In this document: positions 38,141 to 46,450 of the stretch, piece by piece | How the letters are laid out: the number at the start of each line of letters is the position of its first letter | Numbering within the stretch: position 1 is the stretch's first letter | Origin: a virus | Strand: one strand, 5' to 3' | DNA length: 64,000 nucleotides | Virus record (IMG/VR): IMGVR_UViG_3300025892_002699 | Notes under the pieces: model-generated | Seen by the model: only the letters and a program-made list of their open reading frames with translations | What the model was told of the DNA's origin: nothing | Databases searched by the model: none | Translations under genes and position numbers: made by a program

Positions 38141-38371
38141 ATGCGTATCAGAGACATTATATCAGAAGTTGCAACAGCAGGTGCTACATCGGCTGGCAGT
38201 ATTGCAACAGTGGCTAATCCACAAATAGCAATAGGTGATAAAAAAGCACGTGATGCCTATGGCAAAAAAGGTGCTTCTGCAAAACCACCTAAAGCAAAAA
38301 TGCAAAAACCAACTGACAATGCTTTAGATATGAAAGGGACATCGATATTTGGTGCTCCAATAAAGAGATAA
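38141..38371 (+). CDS. Probable internal head protein
   Basis: Start corrected to 38141 (MRIRDIISEVA); GTAAATA at 38129-38135 lies 5 nt upstream. Confidence 0.7.
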   Translation: MRIRDIISEVATAGATSAGSIATVANPQIAIGDKKARDAYGKKGASAKPPKAKMQKPTDNALDMKGTSIFGAPIKR

Positions 38372-38379
38372 ATATTACT

Positions 38380-39057
38380 ATGAAACATTCAGATTTAACA
38401 AAAAAAGACGTTGCTAAAGAAGGTAAAATGCCACAAGCGGCTATTGACGCTCTAGCAAAGAAGAACGGCAAAAGCAACAAAAAAGATTCTAAAAAAGAAG
38501 TACAAACAGAAGACCTAGCACTGATGGCTCAGAAAGCAGAGATGGATCATGAAGTTCAAATGGCAAGATCAGATTTGTACAAAGCGGCAAAATATTCAAT
38601 CAAACTGCACGAACTGTTAAAAAATGTTTCTGAAGAACAAGGTTTAGAAGGTTGGGTAGCGGCTAAGATTACCAAAGCGGCAGATTATTTGAGTTCAGTA
38701 AAACATTACATGGAATATGAAATGATATCTGGACAAGAGACAGCAATGGCTGAACCAACTGAAGCAATAGCAGAAAATATTTGCAAAACGTGTGGTTGTG
38801 ATATTGAAATGCCTAAACCAGCATGTAAATGCACACATGATTACAAAGAATCATTAGCAAACAAATTACAGAATAAATTAAAAGAATCCGCAAAAACTTG
38901 TAAAGAGTGTAACAAACCAACATGGGAAACACTGGATGAAGCAGAAAAGCAAAAAGGTGTTGATGGTAAAGTGTGTTGGAAAGGCTACAAAAGAATGGGC
39001 ACCAAGATGAAGGGTGGCAAAAGAGTAGACAACTGCGTTCCAATTAAGAAAAAATAA
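38380..39057 (+). CDS. Modular protein with Glu linkers and small Cys modules
   Basis: VQTED, IAEN, LKES and LDEAE linkers; CxxC and CWKGY...NCV modules; ATAAATA at 38368-38374. Confidence 0.7.
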   Translation: MKHSDLTKKDVAKEGKMPQAAIDALAKKNGKSNKKDSKKEVQTEDLALMAQKAEMDHEVQMARSDLYKAAKYSIKLHELLKNVSEEQGLEGWVAAKITKAADYLSSVKHYMEYEMISGQETAMAEPTEAIAENICKTCGCDIEMPKPACKCTHDYKESLANKLQNKLKESAKTCKECNKPTWETLDEAEKQKGVDGKVCWKGYKRMGTKMKGGKRVDNCVPIKKK

Positions 39058-39108
39058 AAATCCAATAAATACACACAGTTATTATTTAAACCATGAGAGG
39101 ACTGTGTC

Positions 39109-39759
39109 TTGAACTTTGTTGCAAATATACCATACATCAAATGTTGGGTCAAAAAAGAATACGTACACGATTTCCAACGTGGGCATGGTGATTTCATAGA
39201 AGCAATTCTTATAGCAGTTAAATCAGTACAGGGTAGAGCATTAATGTTTGAAGCATACTTGCCAGAGTATGGAGCCTGTTACGACAAGTTTCCAATATCA
39301 GCATTTGTTTGGCGCACAGACATCAAAGAAGAAGAACAACTTCCACTTGGTACACTTGAACTTTGGGATTCATTCAGTTCCAATATACAAGTTTGGACCA
39401 AAGCCATGTTGAAAAATTGTGATGTCGAAATCATGTTGAAGGGTGGTGGCAGAATGAAAGGTGAATATTTGTTCACTGTTGATGCATGTCATGGAGATCC
39501 CAACACCGTCAATACCGGAGTTTCCGAAGTACCCTCAGAACACAAACAACACAATTTTGGTAGATTGGCAAATGGACAATACTTTGCACAACCAAATAAT
39601 AGAATGCTTTGGTTTGAACAATCACTCACGGCATCAGAATTAAAAATACCAGACTTTCAAGTCAGCACCAAAGAGTTTTTCTGTGAAAATGAAAGCACAG
39701 TTACTTTTGGTGATTCCGACGATTATTTCTACGAAGATAAATTAAGAGATTCCAAATAA
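39109..39759 (+). CDS. Hypothetical phage protein (TTG start)
   Basis: GAGG SD and ATAAATA at 39065-39071. Confidence 0.75.
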   Translation: MNFVANIPYIKCWVKKEYVHDFQRGHGDFIEAILIAVKSVQGRALMFEAYLPEYGACYDKFPISAFVWRTDIKEEEQLPLGTLELWDSFSSNIQVWTKAMLKNCDVEIMLKGGGRMKGEYLFTVDACHGDPNTVNTGVSEVPSEHKQHNFGRLANGQYFAQPNNRMLWFEQSLTASELKIPDFQVSTKEFFCENESTVTFGDSDDYFYEDKLRDSK

Positions 39760-39764
39760 GACAC

Positions 39765-39793
39765 TTGACTTCTTGAAAAAAATTAAGTATAAT
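39765..39793 (+). promoter_or_regulatory. sigma70 promoter TTGACT-N17-TATAAT
   Basis: Consensus match; the leader contains AGGAG. Confidence 0.8.
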
Positions 39794-39814
39794 AGCGAAT
39801 AAGAAGGAGAACAT

Positions 39815-40240
39815 ATGTCTTTAAAAGGAACAAAAACATCAGATAATCTGAGAGCCGCGTTTGCAGGCGAGAGTGAAGCAAACAGAAGATACCTTTATTT
39901 TGCTCAAAAGGCAGACATTGAAGGTGCACCAGATGTTGCATCAGTATTTAGAAGCACAGCAGAAGGTGAAACAGGACACGCACACGGACATCTAGAATAT
40001 TTAGAAGAAGTGGGAGATCCTGCAACAGGTGAACCAATGGGTGAAACTGAAGACAATCTTAAATCAGCAGTGAAAGGTGAAGTGCATGAGTACACTGATA
40101 TGTACCCAGGCATGGCAAGAACTGCTAGAGAAGAAGGTTTTGAAGAAATCGCAGATTGGTTTGAAACACTTGCAAAGGCTGAGAAGTCACACGCAGGTAA
40201 GTTTCAAAAAACACTAGACGCATATCTAGAAAGCAAATAA
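39815..40240 (+). CDS. rbr: Rubrerythrin-like ferritin-fold protein (no rubredoxin domain)
   Basis: AFAGESEANRRY, ETGHAHGH, EVHEYTDMYP and EKSH motifs. Confidence 0.9.
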   Translation: MSLKGTKTSDNLRAAFAGESEANRRYLYFAQKADIEGAPDVASVFRSTAEGETGHAHGHLEYLEEVGDPATGEPMGETEDNLKSAVKGEVHEYTDMYPGMARTAREEGFEEIADWFETLAKAEKSHAGKFQKTLDAYLESK

Positions 40241-40247
40241 TTATATC

Positions 40248-40268
40248 GGAGCGGCATCATGTCGCTCC
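40248..40268 (+). other. GC-rich stem-loop (9-bp stem) in the intergenic gap
   Basis: GGAGCGGCA-TCA-TGTCGCTCC, with no U-tract. Confidence 0.55.
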
Positions 40269-40292
40269 ATACAACCACACAAGGAGAACAAA

Positions 40293-40553
40293 ATGGCAGG
40301 CAGAACATACGGTCCAGAAGAACAAGCAAAACTTAAAAGAATTATAGATGAAGGAGCCAACGTTCTTTCAGAAGTTGAAGATTTAAGTGGCGGATTAAAA
40401 GACACTGTGAAAGCAGTTGCAGAAGAATTAGAAATCAAACCAGCACTTATAAACAAGGCAATTAAGATTGCTCACAAAGGTGAATGGCACAAATATTCAG
40501 ACGACTTTGATTCATTAGAAAACTTGATTATTGCAGTTGGTAAAGACCAATAG
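40293..40553 (+). CDS. Small dsDNA-binding protein (T4 DsbA/DUF2312-like)
   Basis: LKRIIDE...KDTVKAVAEELEIKPALINKAIKIAHK pattern. Confidence 0.6.
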   Translation: MAGRTYGPEEQAKLKRIIDEGANVLSEVEDLSGGLKDTVKAVAEELEIKPALINKAIKIAHKGEWHKYSDDFDSLENLIIAVGKDQ

Positions 40554-40566
40554 TCGTGTACAACTT

Positions 40567-40893
40567 ATGAAGTATATGGTTGACATTGACAACACAATTT
40601 GTTATAATGAAAACAGTAACTATGTAGACAGTAAGCCAGACCTTGTTCGCATAGCGAAACTTAACGCACTGTACGATAAAGGCAACGAAATACATTATTG
40701 GACAGCACGAGGTGGTAATTCAGGCAAAGACTGGACTGAACTTACACATCAACAGTTAAAGGATTGGAATGTAAAGCACACTTCAATCACAATGAAAAAA
40801 CCGGTGTACGATGTCTGGATAGATGACAGAGCCATAAATGCAACAGACTTTTTTGGCGGATATGAGTTGAGAACAACAGACGAAGGAATATGA
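40567..40893 (+). CDS. Small HAD phosphatase (capsule-biosynthesis-phosphatase-like)
   Basis: VDIDNTI, YWTARG, KP and WIDDRA motifs; start corrected to 40567. Confidence 0.8.
   Translation: MKYMVDIDNTICYNENSNYVDSKPDLVRIAKLNALYDKGNEIHYWTARGGNSGKDWTELTHQQLKDWNVKHTSITMKKPVYDVWIDDRAINATDFFGGYELRTTDEGI
40580..40608 (+). promoter_or_regulatory. sigma70 consensus TTGACA-N17-TATAAT with TGn extension, inside the HAD gene
   Basis: Exact consensus overlapping the DxD codons; would drive guaC. Confidence 0.5.
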
Positions 40894-41942
40894 GAATAGA
40901 TTATAACATACATTTAGATTACTCAGACGTACTATTACAACCTAAAAGATCAACATTAAATTCAAGACGTGATGTAGATATCATGCGTGAGTTTAAATTT
41001 AAAAACAGTGGCAAGACTCTTTCATATGTGCCGATCATGGCATCGAACATGGATGGTGTTGGCACATTTTCAATGGCAAGAGTGCTACAAGAATTTAAAA
41101 TGCTTACAGTAATTAGAAAGCATTACACTATAGATGATTGGAAAAACGCCGCAGGCACAGGATTAAAATTCAAATATGTTTCTGCCTGTGTTGGTACAGG
41201 AGCGATGTGGGACGAAAACGCACAGGACTATCAAACATTGAAACAAGTGATGTCTGCATTTCCTGACATTCCATGTATTACAGTTGATGTTGCCAATGCT
41301 TATCATGAATCATTTGTGGATTTTGTTACAAAAATTAGAGAGGAGTATCCGGAAAAAGTTATCATTGCAGGTAACGTTGTTACTCCTAACATGACAGAAG
41401 AATTAATTATTAAAGGTGCAGATATTGTCAAGGTAGGAATTGGACCTGGATCAGTTTGCACAACAAGAACGCAGACAGGAGTAGGTGTTCCACAATTTTC
41501 AGCGATCATGGAATGTTCAGATGCCGCAAATGGTGTGGGAGGACATATCATTGCAGACGGTGGATGCACTCAGCCAGGTGATGTTGCCAAAGCATTGAGT
41601 GGTGGTGCACATTTTGTCATGCTAGGTGGAATGTTAGCAGGACATGATGAATCAGAATTAGAGTTAAAAGATGGCAAGAGAGTGTTTTATGGTATGGCTT
41701 CACAGACAGCATTAAGCACACATGGACAAAGAAAAGACGGATACAGAGGCGTAGAAGGCAAAACAGTAACACTACAAGACAAAGGCTCAGTTAAAGAAAC
41801 TGTTGAACAAATACTAGGTGGAGTCAGAAGCACTTGCACTTACATTGGAGCAAGACGAATCAAAGACATGCCTAAAGCGGCACACTTTGTAAGAGTCAAC
41901 AATGTGATCAACAGAGTCTTTGATAGATTCGAAACAAAATAA
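40890..41942 (+). CDS. guaC: GMP reductase
   Basis: DVANAY, KVGIGPGSVCTTR, ADGGC, FYGMAS and EGK motifs; no CBS domains. Confidence 0.9.
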   Translation: MRIDYNIHLDYSDVLLQPKRSTLNSRRDVDIMREFKFKNSGKTLSYVPIMASNMDGVGTFSMARVLQEFKMLTVIRKHYTIDDWKNAAGTGLKFKYVSACVGTGAMWDENAQDYQTLKQVMSAFPDIPCITVDVANAYHESFVDFVTKIREEYPEKVIIAGNVVTPNMTEELIIKGADIVKVGIGPGSVCTTRTQTGVGVPQFSAIMECSDAANGVGGHIIADGGCTQPGDVAKALSGGAHFVMLGGMLAGHDESELELKDGKRVFYGMASQTALSTHGQRKDGYRGVEGKTVTLQDKGSVKETVEQILGGVRSTCTYIGARRIKDMPKAAHFVRVNNVINRVFDRFETK

Positions 41943-41944
41943 TT

Positions 41945-42184
41945 ATGGAAAAAGTAAACACAGGCAACAACCTAAAATGGTTAGCAACAGCAATTTTAAT
42001 TATAGGCACATTCGTAAATGCGGGATTTCCTGAACTATATCCTGCAGGTCCACTGCTTCTGGCAATGGGCGGAATAGTTTGGTTAATAGTATCCATTCTT
42101 TGGAAAGAACCGGCACTGATTGTAACAAATTTAGTATTGACAGCAATGGGTTTCGGAGGTATACTATTATATTATATAAAGTAA
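41945..42184 (+). CDS. Small three-TM membrane protein
   Basis: Hydrophobic; LKWLATAILIIG start. Confidence 0.7.
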   Translation: MEKVNTGNNLKWLATAILIIGTFVNAGFPELYPAGPLLLAMGGIVWLIVSILWKEPALIVTNLVLTAMGFGGILLYYIK

Positions 42185-42190
42185 GGCAAT

Positions 42191-42243
42191 ATCAGCCACA
42201 ATTGATTTTAGGTATTTTGTCAGCCACAAATGACAAAAAGGAG
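42191..42243 (+). promoter_or_regulatory. Tandem hairpins with GCCACAAW loops abutting the polB SD (candidate translational operator)
   Basis: ATCA-GCCACAAT-TGAT at 42191-42206, TTTTGTCA-GCCACAAA-TGACAAAA at 42215-42238, then AGGAG at 42239-42243. Confidence 0.65.
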
Positions 42244-42248
42244 AACAA

Positions 42249-44918
42249 ATGAGTTACATAGACGGATACTTTGACAGAAATTCTGATATTATAAGAATTG
42301 TTGAAAGACAAAACAAAGAAAGAGTATTCAAAGAATATCCAATCAAATACACATTCTATCACGAAGATCCAGGTGGCAAATACAAGAGTACTACAGGTAA
42401 GCCTTTAAACAGAATCGTATCTAAGAACACAAAAGATTTTCATAAAGAACTTGCAATCAATAGAAATAAAACTTTATTCGAATCAGACATAAATCCAATC
42501 TTTCAATGTTTAAGTGAAAATTATCTTAATCAAAATGCACCCGATTTAAATATAGCATTCTTTGATATTGAAGCAGACTTTGATCCTGAAAAAGGATTCA
42601 GTCAACCTAGTGATCCATTTATGCCAATCACAGCAATCACAGTTTCATTGCAATGGTTAAACACTATGGTTACGTTTGCTATACCTCCTAAAACAATGGG
42701 TATAGAAGAAGCAAAAGAATTAACAAAAGGCATAGAGAATGTGTATCTTTATAAAGATGAAGCAGATATGCTTAAAGCATTTTTAGATATCATCCAAGAT
42801 GCTGATGTAATATCAGGATGGAATTCAGAAGGTTATGACTTGCCATACATCATAAACAGAATTAAAAAGGTAATGAGTAAAGATGACACAAGACGTTTGT
42901 GTTTATGGAAACAGATGCCAAAGAAAAGAACTTTTGAAAGATATGGTAGAGAACAGGAAACTTATGACCTAGTGGGCAGAGTGCATTTAGATTCATTAGA
43001 ACTTTATAGAAAATACACCTATGAAGAAAGACATTCGTACAGGTTAGATGCTATAGGTGAACATGAAATAGGTGAAAGAAAAACTGTGTATGAAGGTAGT
43101 TTGGATCAACTTTATAATCAAGACTTCAGAACATTTATAGAATACAACAGACAAGATACTGCGTTGTTAGACAAATTGGATCGTAAACTTAGATTCATAG
43201 CACTTTCAAATGAATTAGCACACGCCAACACTGTGTTACTTCAAACAACACTAGGAGCAGTGGCAGTAACAGAACAAGCAATTATAAATGAAGCACATAG
43301 ACGAGGAGTGCAAGTTCCTAATAGACCAAAACGAGATGAAGATTCTACAACAGCCGCAGGTGCATATGTGGCATATCCAAGAAAAGGTTTACACAGTTGG
43401 ATAGGTTCGATGGATATTAATTCACTGTATCCATCTGTGATTAGAGCCTTGAACATGGCTCCAGAATGTGTGATGGGACAATTGAGACCAACATACACAG
43501 ACGAATACATCGAAGAACAAATGACATTGCAGAAGAAGTCATTTGCTGGTGCTTGGGAAAATCATTTTGGATCATTGGAATATGATGCTGTGATGGATAA
43601 AAGAAAAGATATCAGTATTAATGTAGATTGGGAAGATGGTAAATCAGATGTAATGAGTGGTGCTGAAATTTACAAGATGGTATTTGACAGCAACAATCCT
43701 ATGATGATCAGTGCAAATGGAACAATATTTACAAGTGAGTTTGAAGGTGTAATACCTGGACTACTTGCTCGTTGGTACAAAGAAAGAAAAGAAATGCAGG
43801 CAATGTTGAAAAAAGCCAAAGAGGCAAAGAATGATGCAGAGATTGAATTTTGGGATAAACGACAGTTGGTTAAGAAGATTAACTTGAACAGTTTGTATGG
43901 TGCTATTCTAAATCCTGGTTGTAGATTCTTTGACAAACGTATTGGACAATCAACAACACTGTCGGGCAGACAGATATCCAAACACATGGCATCCAAGATC
44001 AATGAAGTAATAACAGGCGAATACAATCATGTTGGTAAAGCAATGATATATGGTGATACAGATTCAGCATACTTTTCAGCATATGAAGTATTGAAAAAAG
44101 AAATAGACGAAGGAAAAATTCCTTGGACTAAAGAAAGTGTTGTGAAACTGTATGATCAAGTGGCAGGTGAAGTGAACAATTCATTTAAAAAGTTTATGGG
44201 ACAAGCATTTCATTGTATGAGATCAAGAGCAGAAGTTATTCAAGCAGGTAGAGAAAGTGTGGCAACATCAGGTTTGTTTATTACAAAGAAAAGATATGCC
44301 ATATTGATATATGACTTAGAAGGATTTAGAACTGATCAAGAAGGCAAAAGTGGAAAAATTAAAGCAATGGGATTAGATTTAAAAAGATCAGATACACCTG
44401 TTTACATTCAAAATTTTTTATCTGAATTATTATTAATGGTGCTGAACAATAACACAGAAGAACAAGTGTTGGATAAAATCACACAATTCAGAAATGAATT
44501 TAAAACTAGACCTGGCTGGGAGAAAGGATCTCCACGTAGAGCAAACAACATAGGCGAATATGCTAAAAAAGAAGCACGTCAAGGTAAAGCAAATATGCCT
44601 GGACACGTTAGAGCAAGTATCAACTGGAACACACTTAAACGTATGAACAGCGACAAGTATTCACAAGAAATTATGGATGGCATGAAAGTAATTGTATGTA
44701 AATTGAAAAAGAATCCATTGGACTTTACTAGTGTTGCATATCCTGTAGACGAATTGCATATTCCACAATGGTTTAAAGAATTGCCATTTGATGATGCTAC
44801 AATGGAAAGCACAATAATTGATAACAAATTAGGCAACTTGCTTGGAGTATTAGGTTGGGATATCAAGTCAACTGAAAGCAAAAATACATTTAACAACCTA
44901 TTTGATTTTGGAGGATAG
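42249..44918 (+). CDS. polB: Family B DNA polymerase (T4 gp43-like)
   Basis: Exonuclease motifs FDIEAD, GWNSEGYD and YNRQD; polymerase motifs MDINSLYPS, KINLNSLYG and YGDTDS. Confidence 0.96.
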   Translation: MSYIDGYFDRNSDIIRIVERQNKERVFKEYPIKYTFYHEDPGGKYKSTTGKPLNRIVSKNTKDFHKELAINRNKTLFESDINPIFQCLSENYLNQNAPDLNIAFFDIEADFDPEKGFSQPSDPFMPITAITVSLQWLNTMVTFAIPPKTMGIEEAKELTKGIENVYLYKDEADMLKAFLDIIQDADVISGWNSEGYDLPYIINRIKKVMSKDDTRRLCLWKQMPKKRTFERYGREQETYDLVGRVHLDSLELYRKYTYEERHSYRLDAIGEHEIGERKTVYEGSLDQLYNQDFRTFIEYNRQDTALLDKLDRKLRFIALSNELAHANTVLLQTTLGAVAVTEQAIINEAHRRGVQVPNRPKRDEDSTTAAGAYVAYPRKGLHSWIGSMDINSLYPSVIRALNMAPECVMGQLRPTYTDEYIEEQMTLQKKSFAGAWENHFGSLEYDAVMDKRKDISINVDWEDGKSDVMSGAEIYKMVFDSNNPMMISANGTIFTSEFEGVIPGLLARWYKERKEMQAMLKKAKEAKNDAEIEFWDKRQLVKKINLNSLYGAILNPGCRFFDKRIGQSTTLSGRQISKHMASKINEVITGEYNHVGKAMIYGDTDSAYFSAYEVLKKEIDEGKIPWTKESVVKLYDQVAGEVNNSFKKFMGQAFHCMRSRAEVIQAGRESVATSGLFITKKRYAILIYDLEGFRTDQEGKSGKIKAMGLDLKRSDTPVYIQNFLSELLLMVLNNNTEEQVLDKITQFRNEFKTRPGWEKGSPRRANNIGEYAKKEARQGKANMPGHVRASINWNTLKRMNSDKYSQEIMDGMKVIVCKLKKNPLDFTSVAYPVDELHIPQWFKELPFDDATMESTIIDNKLGNLLGVLGWDIKSTESKNTFNNLFDFGG

Positions 44919-45467
44919 ATGGCTATACACGGAATGATAGATTTAGAAACATTGAGCACCAGACCAGATGCTACTGTATTGACATTGGGTGCTATAAAGT
45001 TTGATCCTTACACAGATTCAGAACCACACGCAGGATTGTACCTACGAGTAGATGTAGATGAACAAAGTGAATTAAGTCGACACGTTGATGAAGGCACTTT
45101 AGAATGGTGGGGTCGACAAGATGAAAAAATTAGAGATGAAGCACTAGGAGATGAAGATAGAGTTTCATTAAACAGTATGGTAAAACAATTAAACAAATGG
45201 TGTGTAGGCATAGACGAATTATGGTGCCAAGGTCCACTTTTTGATTACGCCATATTACAGAATTTGTATGCTCAATTGGGACAACCGGTCCCATGGAACT
45301 ATTGGCAAATTAGAGATTCAAGAACTCTATTCAATATGTTACCAAAAGATCCAAGAAAAGACATACAAATGTCACTACACAACGCATTGGCTGATTGTTA
45401 TTTTCAAGCCAAAAGTGTGCAGAAGGCTTATAAACATTTTGGAGTGAAATCAAGATGGAACAATTAG
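44919..45467 (+). CDS. DEDD 3'-5' exonuclease (DexA-like)
   Basis: MIDLETL, FDYAIL, RDSRTL and HNALADC motifs. Confidence 0.85.
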   Translation: MAIHGMIDLETLSTRPDATVLTLGAIKFDPYTDSEPHAGLYLRVDVDEQSELSRHVDEGTLEWWGRQDEKIRDEALGDEDRVSLNSMVKQLNKWCVGIDELWCQGPLFDYAILQNLYAQLGQPVPWNYWQIRDSRTLFNMLPKDPRKDIQMSLHNALADCYFQAKSVQKAYKHFGVKSRWNN

Positions 45468-45470
45468 TCA

Positions 45471-45499
45471 TTGACTTTTCGTCAAAACCTAAATATAAT
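45471..45499 (+). promoter_or_regulatory. sigma70 promoter TTGACT-N17-TATAAT
   Basis: Consensus match; AGGAG leader. Confidence 0.8.
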
Positions 45500-45522
45500 G
45501 TAATAAACAGGAGAATAATAAT

Positions 45523-46251
45523 ATGAAAGACATCTTACAAGACATCGTTGCACATACACACTCGCTAGGATTTCTTAGCCTTGTAAAAGTAAGCAATGAA
45601 GAACAAACAAAAATAGAAAGTATGGCTGAAGACAGATCAGTTATTCTTTCAGCAAACACAAATAATAAAGTAAATGAATTTGATGGTGTATTTGGTATGC
45701 CTAATTTAGACAAATTGGCTTTGCACTTGAAATGTCCAGAGTATCAAAAAGAAGCAAAGATCGAAGTTAAGTCAGCAGAGAGAAATGGCAAAACTATTCC
45801 AACGCATATTCACTTTGAAAATGCAGGCGGTGATTTTAAAAATGATTACAGATTTATGAGTACTGAAATTATTAATGAAAAATTAAAATCTGTTAAATTT
45901 AAAGGATCCAATTGGGATATTGATTTTGAACCTAAACTTGCGGCAATACAAAGATTAAAATTACAAGCGGCGGCACACGTTGAAGAAACTGTGTTTACTG
46001 TGAAGACAGAAAATAATGCATTGATGTTTTATTTTGGTGATGCTAATTCACACGCAGGATCATTTGTATTTCAATCTGATATAACAGGTGAATTAAAAAA
46101 CACTTGGAGTTGGCCGATACAACAAGTAATCAGTATTTTAAGTCTTGATGGGAAAGTTAAAATGAGTATTTCTGATCAAGGAGCAATGCAGATAACAGTT
46201 GATAGTGGAATTGGTGAATACAATTACATACTACCAGCACAGACAAAATAA
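45523..46251 (+). CDS. Probable DNA sliding clamp (gp45/PCNA-like)
   Basis: 242 aa alpha/beta protein next to polB; ends YILPA as PCNA-like clamps do; clamp loader is present in the window. Confidence 0.55.
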   Translation: MKDILQDIVAHTHSLGFLSLVKVSNEEQTKIESMAEDRSVILSANTNNKVNEFDGVFGMPNLDKLALHLKCPEYQKEAKIEVKSAERNGKTIPTHIHFENAGGDFKNDYRFMSTEIINEKLKSVKFKGSNWDIDFEPKLAAIQRLKLQAAAHVEETVFTVKTENNALMFYFGDANSHAGSFVFQSDITGELKNTWSWPIQQVISILSLDGKVKMSISDQGAMQITVDSGIGEYNYILPAQTK

Positions 46252-46252
46252 T

Positions 46253-46450
46253 ATGCAAAAAAAGAAAAAACCAGGCATAATAGATAGAATAGGTAAAATG
46301 CATTCTAAAGTTTTTACCTATGTGAGTAAAAAAGCAAAAACATCTAGACTTTGGGCTATACTACTGACAGTTCTTGTGATCTATGAATTGATAGAACACT
46401 TGATATATCCTTGGTTAGTTCCACTTTTAGCAATTAAGGCATTTGGATAA
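46253..46450 (+). CDS. Small membrane protein
   Basis: Start corrected to 46253; basic N-terminus and a TM segment. Confidence 0.65.
   Translation: MQKKKKPGIIDRIGKMHSKVFTYVSKKAKTSRLWAILLTVLVIYELIEHLIYPWLVPLLAIKAFG

Noticed and set aside
40248-40268. Hairpin as an intrinsic terminator
   Set aside because: It has no downstream U-tract on either strand, so it is kept only as an unexplained stem-loop.
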